This document shows positions 1-8,896 of a DNA stretch of 64,000 bases, piece after piece. Under the pieces are notes generated by a model. The model had not been told where the DNA came from and ran no database searches. It saw only the letters and a list, made by a program, of their open reading frames with translations. Every line of letters starts with the position of its first letter. The stretch's first letter is position 1. This DNA is from an uncultured delta proteobacterium (GTDB lineage Bacteria > Myxococcota_A > Polyangia > Polyangiales > Houyiibacteriaceae). Location: positions 288,001-352,000 of the forward strand of contig CAVOVB010000007.1 in the NCBI GenBank assembly GCA_963699755.1. The letters are read 5' to 3'. Made by a program: the position numbers and the translations under genes.

Positions 1-181
1 GCACATCGCTGTCGATGCAGAGGATCGCGATGGATTTCGTGCCTTGAGGCAAGGCCGACCAGGCCAGGTGTGGGTTCCGATTGTCGGAGAGATCGATCTG
101 CCCTGCAGGGCTTCTCCGGCCGAATGCGTACTGAGTAGGGAGGTAGTCGCCGTCGTTGAAACTATCACTGCGGAGCTGCAT
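1..181 (-). CDS. YbhB/YbcL family (PEBP/Raf kinase inhibitor-like) protein, 5' part only, runs off the window edge
   Basis: Manual translation from ATG at 181: MQLRSDSFNDGDYLPTQYAFG...NRNPHLAWSALPQGTKSIAILCIDSDV, typical YbhB N-terminus; absent from the ORF track. Confidence 0.85.
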   Translation of the reverse strand, partial: MQLRSDSFNDGDYLPTQYAFGRRSPAGQIDLSDNRNPHLAWSALPQGTKSIAILCIDSDV

Positions 182-239
182 GGGCCCAAGATCAGCACCG
201 AGGTCCTGCGTTGTCAATCGGTTGCGGCCAGCGCCAGCG

Positions 240-1364
240 TCAAAGACTGCGCAATACGTCCAAGTAGCGTTTCGATGTCTTGTTCCAGGGGAAGGTCGAG
301 ATGACGTACTCGGCCGTTCGCTTGCTAGCGTCGCGTAGCTCGTCGGGGTCTCGTAGCAGAGACTCGATCCGTGACGCGAATGCCGCGGCGTCTTCCGTAG
401 GCGCGAGCCAACCGTTGACACCCTCGTCGATCACATCTCGAATCCCTTCGAGGTCCGCTGCGAGCGTGGGCAGCCCGCAGGCGCCCGCTTCGAGCATCAC
501 GATGCCGAAGCCCTCCATGTCGCCGGGGACGACGATGTTCGGCATGACGAACAGCTGACCTCGCCGGTAGAGCTCGACGAGATCCGCTTCGGAAATTTTG
601 CCCAAACGGCGGACACGTTGCCGAAGGCCCGCTCGCTCAATCGCCGCTTCGATGTTCTCGCACTCCGGGCCATCGCCAGCCAACCAGAAATGCACCCGCG
701 CCGGGAGCTTCGGCATCACGTTCTCGATGAACCATGCGAACCCTTTGCGACGGACCTGGCGTCCCACCGTCACCAAGAGGAACGCGTCGTCGGGGAGCGG
801 GGGCGCTCCAGCGATACTCAGCCCGGCAGGGGCCGCGCGCGAAGTTGCAACAGCTTCGAAACGGTCGAGGTCGACCGCATTCGGAACGACGTGGACGCGC
901 TGGCGAGGCAGACCACGCGCGATTAGCTCTTCGCCAGTTGCGCGGCTGACCGGCATGACGGCGTCGAGCATTCCGCACAGATGACGTACTGCCTTCTGAT
1001 AGACAGGGTTGGGATCAGTGACGTCGAGCCCATGGACGATCGCCGCAAGCCGAATGCCCTTCTTCTTCAACGAAGGCCCCGCGATCAGAAGCGGAAGTGC
1101 CGTCGTCATACTGGTGAACAAAATCACATCGGCCCGATGCGCCGAAGCCTCGCGCCCTAAGCGAACCGCGAGCGAAGCCAAAAACGGCACAGCTTTGACG
1201 TGGACCCACTTCCAGCTCGAGCGGAGCGCGAGTGTCCGCATGGCCAGATCGTCTCGCCCCTCGAGCGCACTGTGGAGCTCGGTCGCCACCCGCTGCATCC
1301 CGCCCATGTTGGTCAAGGGCGCGTCGGGCGGAGGAAATGAATGGGAAACGAAGAGGAGACGCAT
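240..1364 (-). CDS. Glycosyltransferase family 4 (GT-B)
   Basis: MRLLFVSHSFPP...GGMQR, HGLD, VGRQVRRKG, EGFGIVMLEAGACGLP; start moved to ATG 1364. Confidence 0.9.
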   Translation of the reverse strand: MRLLFVSHSFPPPDAPLTNMGGMQRVATELHSALEGRDDLAMRTLALRSSWKWVHVKAVPFLASLAVRLGREASAHRADVILFTSMTTALPLLIAGPSLKKKGIRLAAIVHGLDVTDPNPVYQKAVRHLCGMLDAVMPVSRATGEELIARGLPRQRVHVVPNAVDLDRFEAVATSRAAPAGLSIAGAPPLPDDAFLLVTVGRQVRRKGFAWFIENVMPKLPARVHFWLAGDGPECENIEAAIERAGLRQRVRRLGKISEADLVELYRRGQLFVMPNIVVPGDMEGFGIVMLEAGACGLPTLAADLEGIRDVIDEGVNGWLAPTEDAAAFASRIESLLRDPDELRDASKRTAEYVISTFPWNKTSKRYLDVLRSL

Positions 1365-1384
1365 CGTGTGAACGTGACACCAGT

Positions 1385-2701
1385 CTACGGGGGGCAATAG
1401 GCGCTCGGCGCGCCGTAGCCGAAGGCGATGACGTGGATCGGATGGCCGCCCGTGTAGGCGTTGCTCGGAAGCTGGTCCCAATGGACCCCGTCTTCACTTC
1501 GGTAAAACCGCTGCGCGTCGTAGCTCTCCGCCCAGCCGTTGCTGACGCCAACGATAGTGCCCTGGTCACTCACCGCGGTCACGCCAAAGCTGACGTTGCT
1601 CGGTACCGTCGAGGTCGACGTCCAACTCCGACCATTGCTGCTTCGATAAAGCGTGCCCCCGTTCCAGGCCATGAACTCGTTGCCATTCCAGACTCCGTTG
1701 GCGCTCAGGGGACCTGTGCCTGACGCCAGAGACCAGCTCTGGCCACCATCGGTCGAATAGCAGATGTTCCCGTTCTGCGGGGTCATCACGATTGTTCCGT
1801 TTCCGTAGATGATGCTGCCCTGATAGTCACCGCCGCCGCAACCGCCAGGGATCGACTGCGGCGCGGTCCACGTGCTGCCGTCCGTGCTGACGACGACTCC
1901 GCCATCTGCTGACATGATGAACAGGCCCCCACCGTAGGGAACGAAGGCCGTATCGCGAACGTTGGTATCGCCGAGCGCAACGCTGCTGAAGTCGTGCCAG
2001 CTATCGCCCTCGTCGTCCGAGTAGACGCCCCAGCGATGGGCCGCAACGAGCCGGTCCTTTCCAAACGCAACTCCAGAGAAGTAGCTATCTTCGTAGACGG
2101 TCTCCCAGGCCACGCCGTCGCGGCTTCGGCGCACGCTGCCAGGCGCGCCCCAGCCGAAGTTTGCAAAGAACCAGCCATCGCCCCAGGTGATCCCGCGACC
2201 GGCGCCGGGGTCGTGATCGCATTCGGTGGTGCCGTCAGGCATGCAGTATGTCCCGGCGTGATCGGACTGATCGGCGACCCAGGTTCGTCCGTCGTCGCAG
2301 GAGATAATCGTCCGGCCCGCATGTCCCTGAGCGATGAACATGGGAACGGTGCCAGGGGGCCCGCCCCCGGTTCCGCCTGTGCCGCTCACGCCGCCGCTGC
2401 CACTCATGCCGCCGCTGCCACTCATGCCGCCGCTGCCACTCATGCCGCCGCTGCCACTCATGCCGCCGCTGCCGCTCACGCCGCCGCTGCCGCTCACGCC
2501 GCCGCTGCCGCTCACGCCGCCGCTGCCGCTCACGCCGCCGCTGCCGCTCACGCCGCCGCTGCCGCTCACGCCACCGCTGCCGCTCACGCCACCGAACCCA
2601 GACCCATCACCTACTTCACCGGAGCAACCGGCAACCGCGACTATCAAGACAGCCAAGGTCGCAAGCCAAATTCCGGCGCATCCCCCGATTGCGCGCTTCA
2701 T
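1385..2701 (-). CDS. Lipoprotein with Gly/Ser repeat linker and Asp-box (BNR) beta-propeller
   Basis: Lipobox VAGC after hydrophobic stretch; 12 GG(V/M)SG(S/T) units; seven Asp-box-like motifs (SCDDGRTW, SRDGVAW, SDDEGDSW, STDGSTW, STDGGQSW, SSNGRSW, SEDGVHW). Confidence 0.75.
   Translation of the reverse strand: MKRAIGGCAGIWLATLAVLIVAVAGCSGEVGDGSGFGGVSGSGGVSGSGGVSGSGGVSGSGGVSGSGGVSGSGGVSGSGGMSGSGGMSGSGGMSGSGGMSGSGGVSGTGGTGGGPPGTVPMFIAQGHAGRTIISCDDGRTWVADQSDHAGTYCMPDGTTECDHDPGAGRGITWGDGWFFANFGWGAPGSVRRSRDGVAWETVYEDSYFSGVAFGKDRLVAAHRWGVYSDDEGDSWHDFSSVALGDTNVRDTAFVPYGGGLFIMSADGGVVVSTDGSTWTAPQSIPGGCGGGDYQGSIIYGNGTIVMTPQNGNICYSTDGGQSWSLASGTGPLSANGVWNGNEFMAWNGGTLYRSSNGRSWTSTSTVPSNVSFGVTAVSDQGTIVGVSNGWAESYDAQRFYRSEDGVHWDQLPSNAYTGGHPIHVIAFGYGAPSAYCPP
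2381..2594. repeat. 18-bp tandem repeat, about 12 copies, in-frame coding VNTR
   Basis: Units gccgctcacgccgccgct and gccactcatgccgccgct read directly. Confidence 0.95.
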
Positions 2702-2847
2702 GACCGCCTCAGTGTCACATGGGGCGGGGCGCGGTGCCACCCCGCAAAGTCGATGCGGCGTGCTCGTCCAGGGGGCGAAGCGGTCAAGGGGGAGAAGTCC
2801 CCTGAGCGACGCCCTGCGTTGCTGCGATGGGGTGCTAAGAGAAGGCC

Positions 2848-3489
2848 ATGATCATTGAGCATTTCTCGGTGGCGCCCCTCGGATGCAACTGCGTGATCTT
2901 GGGTGATGAGGAGCGCGGGACCGCAATCGTCGTCGATCCCGGAGGCGAGGCGCCGCGGATTGTTGCGCGACTCGCAGAGCTCGGCCTCCGGTGCGAGGGG
3001 ATTGTGCACACACACACCCACTTCGATCACATCGGCGCGACCAAAGAGGTTCAGGACAGCACCAACGCTCCGATCATGATTCACGAGGATGATCTGTTCC
3101 TCTACGAGGGAGTGCAGATGCAACTCGATGGTTTTCGGGCGCCTTTTCGCGCGCCGGAAATGGCCGCCGTAGACCGTTTTCTCTCCGATGGGGAAACGGT
3201 TTTGGCGGGCGCACTTGAAGCCGACGTCGTTCACACCCCAGGGCACTCGCCGGGCAGCATTTGCCTCACGATCGAAGCGGATCGGCCCATCGTGATCGCA
3301 GGCGATACCTTGTTCGCGCGCAGCGTCGGTCGGAGCGACCTCTGGGGCGGGAACACCTCCCAGCTACTCGACTCGATCAAGCGCAAGCTCTTCGCCTTGC
3401 CGGACGAGACCTTGGTGATTTGCGGTCACGGCCCGAACACGACGATCGGAGAAGAGCGGCGGCTGAACCCCTTCGTCGGCGGCGCCTAG
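2848..3489 (+). CDS. MBL-fold metallo-hydrolase (glyoxalase II-like)
   Basis: THTHFDH, HTPGHSPG, GDTLF, GHG motifs. Confidence 0.9.
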   Translation: MIIEHFSVAPLGCNCVILGDEERGTAIVVDPGGEAPRIVARLAELGLRCEGIVHTHTHFDHIGATKEVQDSTNAPIMIHEDDLFLYEGVQMQLDGFRAPFRAPEMAAVDRFLSDGETVLAGALEADVVHTPGHSPGSICLTIEADRPIVIAGDTLFARSVGRSDLWGGNTSQLLDSIKRKLFALPDETLVICGHGPNTTIGEERRLNPFVGGA

Positions 3490-4178
3490 GGCTCATCCCA
3501 GAGCTTGAGCGCGCCACGCATGGCTTCCACCAGCGTGAAGATGCGCACGTTCTCGGGGAGCTGCGATTGAATGTGCTGTGCGTTTCCCCCGCCCAAGTGC
3601 AGCGTGTCGTAATTGAAGACCCGCTCGATCTGCTCAATCGCATCGAGGACCCGCGCCGTCCATTCAATCGCACCGATGCGCTTGAGCTCGCTGTCGCGCA
3701 CGAGGTCTTCGTAGGTGTTTCCGTCTCGAAACGGATGATGCCCAAGCTCCAAATTTGGAACGAGCGCGCCGCTGGTGAAAAGCGCCGCTCCCATTCCGGT
3801 GCCGAGCGTCAGAACCAGCTCCACCCCGTCTCCTTTGGCGACTCCGAGCCCCTGTAGATCGACGTCATTGGCTGCACGAACGGGACGCTCCAAGTGATGT
3901 GCCAACTGCTCGCTCAACGGGACGTGATCCCAGAGCTCGTTTCCGAGATTCGGCGCGTTGATGGTCACCCCCGCTTTGACCACGCCCGGAAAGCCAACCG
4001 AAACGCGCTGATGGGGCGGCAGTTTCTCTGCCATGTCGCGGATCAAGGTAAAGAGCGCATCCGGGGTGGGCGGGATGGGCGTGGGCCGAGCGAGGGTCTC
4101 CGAGGCCGGCTCCCCGTCTGCGTCGAGGACGAGGAGCTTGATGCTCATTCCACCAATATCGACTGCCAGTGTGCTCAC
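3486..4178 (-). CDS. ppgK: ROK family sugar kinase, polyphosphate glucokinase-like
   Basis: [33 protein letters not shown]; lacks the CxCGxxGC zinc motif of classical ROK glucokinases. Confidence 0.7.
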   Translation of the reverse strand: MSTLAVDIGGMSIKLLVLDADGEPASETLARPTPIPPTPDALFTLIRDMAEKLPPHQRVSVGFPGVVKAGVTINAPNLGNELWDHVPLSEQLAHHLERPVRAANDVDLQGLGVAKGDGVELVLTLGTGMGAALFTSGALVPNLELGHHPFRDGNTYEDLVRDSELKRIGAIEWTARVLDAIEQIERVFNYDTLHLGGGNAQHIQSQLPENVRIFTLVEAMRGALKLWDEP

Positions 4179-4477
4179 GAGCCCGGAGTCCTATGGCTCC
4201 GATAGTGCGAGGTCAACTGAGCGGCGGAGCAGTTATGCTCGCCGCGATTCCGGAGCGCTGTATGGAGAACAGCCCTGCCCTCGGTTTCGTTGATCGCGTC
4301 GCCCGAGAACATCGGAGCGATCCAATCGCGAACGCCGCACTGTTCGCAGAGCTCGGTGAGCAAGGCGAGCGTTTCGTCGGCGATGCAATTCTTCGAATAG
4401 TCGAAGAGCAGCTCGCCGACCTCCTCGTGATGCGCGCGCCACGCCTTCCATGCGCAGGTCTGGGTGGGGTCAGTCAT
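4175..4477 (-). pseudogene. pgi: Internally deleted glucose-6-phosphate isomerase remnant (100 codons, frame open)
   Basis: [35 protein letters not shown] match the PGI N-terminus; [13 protein letters not shown] resembles the PGI C-terminal HDSSTxxLIxxY; catalytic core absent. Confidence 0.85.
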
Positions 4478-4505
4478 TGCCCGAACCTTAGCGCCGGCCA
4501 GCGGC

Positions 4506-4548
4506 AAAGAAAAACCCCGTAGAGGCGACCCTTCGCGCCGCCCACGGG
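4506..4548 (-). terminator. Probable intrinsic terminator of hppA
   Basis: Minus strand cccgtgggcggcg-loop-cgcctctacggg followed by gtttttcttt. Confidence 0.55.
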
Positions 4549-4592
4549 CGCCGCCCCTCGCGGGACTGCATATGCTCTGGCAGAAAGCTTCC

Positions 4593-6674
4593 CTAGACCA
4601 GCAGCGGCGCAAGAACGAGCGCCACGATGCTCATCAGCTTCACGAGGATGTTGAGCGACGGGCCGGCGGTGTCCTTGAAGGGATCACCGACGGTGTCACC
4701 GACGACCGCGGCGTTGTGAGCCTCGCTGCCCTTCGGGTGGACCGTTCCGTCCTTCATTTTGTAGCCGCCGCCTTCGAAGGACTTCTTGGCGTTGTCCCAA
4801 GCGCCGCCAGCATTGGCCATGAAAAGCGCCATCGTCACGCCCGAAACGGTCACTCCAGCGAGCAGTCCGCCGAGCGGCTCCGCGCCCATCGCGAAACCCA
4901 CCACGACCGGGGTACTGATGGCAAGCGCGCCAGGCGCCACCATGCGCTTGAGCGAGGCCTCCGTGGAGATCTTCACGCAGCGGGCCGTGTCCGGCTTGGC
5001 CTTGCCCTCGAGCAGCCCTGGAATCTCATGGAACTGACGACGGACCTCTTCAATCATGTCCATCGCCGCGATACCGACCGCCTTCATCGCCATGGATGAG
5101 AAGAGGAAGGGGAGCATGCCGCCAAGGAACAGGCCGGCCATGACGAGCGGCTTCGAGATGTCGATACCGGTGATGCCCGCCGTCTGGGCGAATGCAGCGA
5201 AGAGCGCGAGAGCGGTCATGGCTGCAGATCCGATGGCGAAGCCCTTCCCGATGGCCGCGGTGGTGTTTCCCACCGCGTCGAGCTTGTCGGTGCGCTCGCG
5301 AACCTGAGGATCCTGATGGCTCATCTGGGCAATGCCACCAGCGTTGTCCGCGATGGGGCCGTAGGCGTCGACCGCGAGCTGAATGCCCGTCGTCGAAAGC
5401 ATACCAAGCGCCGCGATCGCAACCCCGTAGAGGCCAGCGACCTCGGCGGCGACGACCACGCCGGCCGCGATGACGAGAATGGGCATGGCGGTCGACTGCA
5501 TGCCGACGCCCAGACCCGAAATGATGTTCGTCGCGGTGCCGGTCTTGCTCTGTTCGGCGATGCTATCGACGGGGGCCTTCCCCATCGAGGTGTAGTACGA
5601 GGTGATGAGGCCGACGGCGACGCCAGCGGCAAGGCCGGCAACCGTCGCCCAGCCGACGTTCATCCAAGAGACGACCTGACCAGTGGTGTTCATCGTGCCG
5701 CCTTCGGGCCACATGTAGTAGGCGATGCCGAAGGTGGCGAGGGCCATGACGCCCGCTGCACCAAAGGCGCCCATGTCGAGGGCGTGCTGCGGATTGCCGC
5801 CTTCTTTCGTGCGGACGAAGAAAGTACCCACCATCGAGCAAATGATCCCCGCACCGGCGATGACCAGCGGAAGAATGACGGGGCCGACACTCTCTCCGTT
5901 CTTCACGGCGACGAAGCCGAGTGCGAGAACCATTGCGCCGATGATCGCACCGACGAAGGATTCGAAGAGGTCGGCGCCCATGCCGGCGACGTCGCCGACG
6001 TTGTCACCGACGTTGTCCGCGATGACCGCCGGGTTACGGGGGTCATCCTCAGGGAGGCCAGATTCGACCTTGCCGACGAGGTCGGCGCCAACGTCCGCGG
6101 CCTTGGTGTAGATGCCGCCGCCAACACGTGCGAAGAGCGCGATCGAAGAGGCGCCCATCGAGAAGCCGGTGATCACGTTGACCGTGCGGGTGAGCTCCCA
6201 GCCGAGAACATCGTTGAGGACGAGGTAGAGCACGCCGAGACCGAGAGTCGCTAAACCGACGACGGTCATCCCCATGACGGTGCCGCCCGAGAACGCCACG
6301 TCGAGCGCAGGGGCGAGCCCGATTCGAGCCGCCGCCGTGGTGCGGACGTTGGCATTGGTCGCCACCTTCATGCCAGCCCAGCCTGCCAAGGCCGAGGACG
6401 CCGCGCCGAGGACGAACGCGCCCGCGATCTGCCAGCCGCGCTGCGGGTCGCCGTAGTAGGCAGCTCCCAGAATCGCGGCAACGGCAACCACGAACATCGA
6501 AAGGACGCGGTATTCTGCGCGAAGAAACGCCAGGGCTCCCACTTGGATCTGACCGGCGATTTCGACCATGGTGGCGTCACCAGGATCCTGCTTGGAAACC
6601 CACTTGGCCTTCATCCAGGCGAAGATCAGAGCAAGCACGCCCGCTGCCGGGGCTGCGTAAATCAGATTTTGCAT
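4593..6674 (-). CDS. hppA: Membrane-bound pyrophosphatase, K+-dependent, probably Na+-translocating
   Basis: [46 protein letters not shown] (Ala at the K+ determinant); DLFESF. Confidence 0.95.
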   Translation of the reverse strand: MQNLIYAAPAAGVLALIFAWMKAKWVSKQDPGDATMVEIAGQIQVGALAFLRAEYRVLSMFVVAVAAILGAAYYGDPQRGWQIAGAFVLGAASSALAGWAGMKVATNANVRTTAAARIGLAPALDVAFSGGTVMGMTVVGLATLGLGVLYLVLNDVLGWELTRTVNVITGFSMGASSIALFARVGGGIYTKAADVGADLVGKVESGLPEDDPRNPAVIADNVGDNVGDVAGMGADLFESFVGAIIGAMVLALGFVAVKNGESVGPVILPLVIAGAGIICSMVGTFFVRTKEGGNPQHALDMGAFGAAGVMALATFGIAYYMWPEGGTMNTTGQVVSWMNVGWATVAGLAAGVAVGLITSYYTSMGKAPVDSIAEQSKTGTATNIISGLGVGMQSTAMPILVIAAGVVVAAEVAGLYGVAIAALGMLSTTGIQLAVDAYGPIADNAGGIAQMSHQDPQVRERTDKLDAVGNTTAAIGKGFAIGSAAMTALALFAAFAQTAGITGIDISKPLVMAGLFLGGMLPFLFSSMAMKAVGIAAMDMIEEVRRQFHEIPGLLEGKAKPDTARCVKISTEASLKRMVAPGALAISTPVVVGFAMGAEPLGGLLAGVTVSGVTMALFMANAGGAWDNAKKSFEGGGYKMKDGTVHPKGSEAHNAAVVGDTVGDPFKDTAGPSLNILVKLMSIVALVLAPLLV

Positions 6675-6802
6675 ATCCGCTGAACCTCTCGTCGAGCCCG
6701 ACCCCGGTTGATTACTGGAGGGCGGCGCGTTTCTACAAGATTTCAAAATCAGGTCAAACCCAGGGGTGCTGCTTCCGTCAGAGGACTGAAATTACAGCAG
6801 AA

Positions 6803-7732
6803 TCAGCTTGCTTGGGCTTCATCGATAGCGTCCCTGGCCGCAGCGAAGTCCGATGGGCCCTGCACGCTCACCCGTCCTACGCGCCGATCGATCCGGGCCA
6901 AGAGGCCGCTCAAGATCCTCCCAGGACCCACCTCGACGAAAAGCGAAACGCCGTCATCGATCATCCTGCGAACGCTTTGCTCCCAGAGAACCGGACGGCT
7001 CACCTGACGAATCAGCGCGTCCTTGGCGGCAGCGGCGTCCGCGATGGGTTTGGCGTCCACATTGACGTACACCGGCACATGGGGATCCGAGAAGCCAATC
7101 CGCTCGATATCGTCGCGCAGTCGCGCTTCGGCAGGCTCCATGAGGCTGGAGTGAAACGGCGCGCTGACCGGAAGCGCGCTGGCGCGGGCGCCTGCTTCCT
7201 CGAGCTCGGTCGCGGCCTCGTTCACCGCGGAGGTTTCGCCGGCGATCACGATCTGCTGGGGGGTATTGTAGTTGACCGGCTCGACCAGGCCGGGAACCTC
7301 GGCGCAGATCCGCTCGACGAGGGTTCGGTCGGCTTTGAGAATCGCCGCCATCGCGCCTTCACCATAGGGCACGGCCTCCTGCATGTACTGACCGCGCTTG
7401 CGTACGAGCCGAACCGCGTCCCCAAGGTCGAGGGTGCCGGCAGCTACGTGGGCCGAGTACTCACCGAGGCTGTGTCCAGCCACGACATCGAACGGCGCTT
7501 CGAACGCGCGCAAGATCGCGATCGACGCGGTCAGGACCGCGGGCTGGGTGTTCGCGGTGAGCTGCAGGGCTTCCTCGGGCCCCTCGAAGCAGAGCCGCGA
7601 TAGGCTTTCGCCAAGCGCCTCGTCGGCTTCTTCGAAGACGGAGCGAGCCACATCCGATGCATCGAACGCTTCGCGCCCCATGCCAACTTTCTGGCTGCCC
7701 TGGCCCGGGAACACGAATGCGACCTTGCCCAT
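6803..7732 (-). CDS. fabD: Malonyl-CoA:ACP transacylase
   Basis: FVFPGQGSQ, GHSLGEY, VSAPFHS; start at ATG 7732. Confidence 0.95.
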   Translation of the reverse strand: MGKVAFVFPGQGSQKVGMGREAFDASDVARSVFEEADEALGESLSRLCFEGPEEALQLTANTQPAVLTASIAILRAFEAPFDVVAGHSLGEYSAHVAAGTLDLGDAVRLVRKRGQYMQEAVPYGEGAMAAILKADRTLVERICAEVPGLVEPVNYNTPQQIVIAGETSAVNEAATELEEAGARASALPVSAPFHSSLMEPAEARLRDDIERIGFSDPHVPVYVNVDAKPIADAAAAKDALIRQVSRPVLWEQSVRRMIDDGVSLFVEVGPGRILSGLLARIDRRVGRVSVQGPSDFAAARDAIDEAQAS

Positions 7733-7769
7733 CGTGGAGCTGCATAGCACGATCCCGAGGGAGATTGGT

Positions 7770-8234
7770 TTGGAAGAAGAAGCAAACGCAGAAGACAAAG
7801 AGCACCTGAGCGCGCTTTCGATCGGCCATTTCATCCTGGCGGGGGTCGCCCTTCTCGGAGGGATCCCGACCCTGATGTTCGGTGTCGCCGGCGCAAAGCT
7901 CATCGACGAGGTTGGCACCGATCTCTCGATGGCGATGGGCGAGGTTCCAGCACAAGCCATCACGGACGCTTTGGGCGCCAGCCCCGAGGCGATGACTCAG
8001 GACCTCAACAACCTGATCATCACCATGATCGTGGGAGGCCTCCTTATTGCGGTGGTCAGCGCCATCCACCTCACCGTCGTTGGGGTGCAGATTCGCAATC
8101 GACGCTGGTGGACGTTCTGCTACCTCACCGGCTGGGGCGAATGCCTCATGTTTCCGTTTGGGACGGTCCTAGGCATCTTCACGATTATCGTCCTGTCGCG
8201 CCCATCGGTGAAGCTGCTGTTTGGCGTTCATTGA
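7770..8234 (+). CDS. Hypothetical integral membrane protein
   Basis: Several hydrophobic helices, C-terminal ECLMFPFGTVLGIFTIIVLSRPSVK; TTG start after AGGGAG (start uncertain). Confidence 0.7.
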   Translation: MEEEANAEDKEHLSALSIGHFILAGVALLGGIPTLMFGVAGAKLIDEVGTDLSMAMGEVPAQAITDALGASPEAMTQDLNNLIITMIVGGLLIAVVSAIHLTVVGVQIRNRRWWTFCYLTGWGECLMFPFGTVLGIFTIIVLSRPSVKLLFGVH

Positions 8235-8299
8235 CCCTGCTGGCAATTGACAAGGCACCTGCCCGGCCGTAGCCACATGGGCTGAGTGGAGGCGCTGCG

Positions 8300-8554
8300 A
8301 TGCTTGAAGCCGAGGTCTTGGAGAAACGAATCCGTGAGGGGCTGGGCGAGGTCTCCCACTTGGTGCTCAAGGATCTGACCGGGACCAGAGACCATTGGGA
8401 GGCACTTGTCGTATCGACAGCGTTCGAGGGGAAATCCCCCATCGAACAGCACCAAATGGTGTATGCGGCCCTCGGCGATCTGATGAATGGGCCCGTTCAT
8501 GCACTTGCGCTCAAGACCTATTCGCCGGAGAATTGGGCCAATCTGAAGGGTTAA
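8300..8554 (+). CDS. BolA/IbaG family protein
   Basis: DHWEALVVSTAFEGK, QHQMVYAALG, VHALALKT. Confidence 0.9.
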   Translation: MLEAEVLEKRIREGLGEVSHLVLKDLTGTRDHWEALVVSTAFEGKSPIEQHQMVYAALGDLMNGPVHALALKTYSPENWANLKG

Positions 8555-8557
8555 ACG

Positions 8558-8878
8558 ATGGAAGATACGACTCGCGAGCGCATTCAAGGGCTCATCGACG
8601 ACAACGAAGTGGTCCTCTTCATGAAGGGCACGAAACATTTTCCGCAGTGCGGCTTCTCTGCGACCGTCGTCGAGGTCCTGCGCCGCTCCGGCTCGGAGTT
8701 CCAGGATGTGAACGTGCTCGAAGACCCCGCCATTCGGCAGGGAATCAAGGAGTTCACCAACTGGCCAACGATCCCGCAGCTTTACGTTCGCGGTAAGTTC
8801 GTTGGCGGATGTGATATCGTTAGGGACATGTACGAGAAGGGTGAACTCGACGCCGTGCTTTCTGCTAAAGAACGTTGA
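8558..8878 (+). CDS. grxD: Monothiol glutaredoxin (Grx4)
   Basis: MKGT..PQCGFS, WPTIPQLY, GGCDI. Confidence 0.95.
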   Translation: MEDTTRERIQGLIDDNEVVLFMKGTKHFPQCGFSATVVEVLRRSGSEFQDVNVLEDPAIRQGIKEFTNWPTIPQLYVRGKFVGGCDIVRDMYEKGELDAVLSAKER

Positions 8879-8896
8879 GGGGTCAGCCACCCTCTT

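Noticed and set aside
2381..2594. Tandem repeat as a CRISPR array
   Set aside because: No spacers, in-frame coding, no cas genes
1994..2858. Plus-strand ORFs with AAAATH or PPLPL repeats
   Set aside because: Alternative-frame readings of the 18-bp repeat; the minus frame has a lipobox and a coherent domain
3486..3489. Convergent genes sharing a CTAG double stop (also 21723-21726)
   Set aside because: Real but common in compact high-GC genomes; no evidence of a special function
6803..7732. fabD as part of a polyketide or trans-AT cluster
   Set aside because: No KS, ACP or other PKS genes nearby; consistent with a stand-alone housekeeping gene
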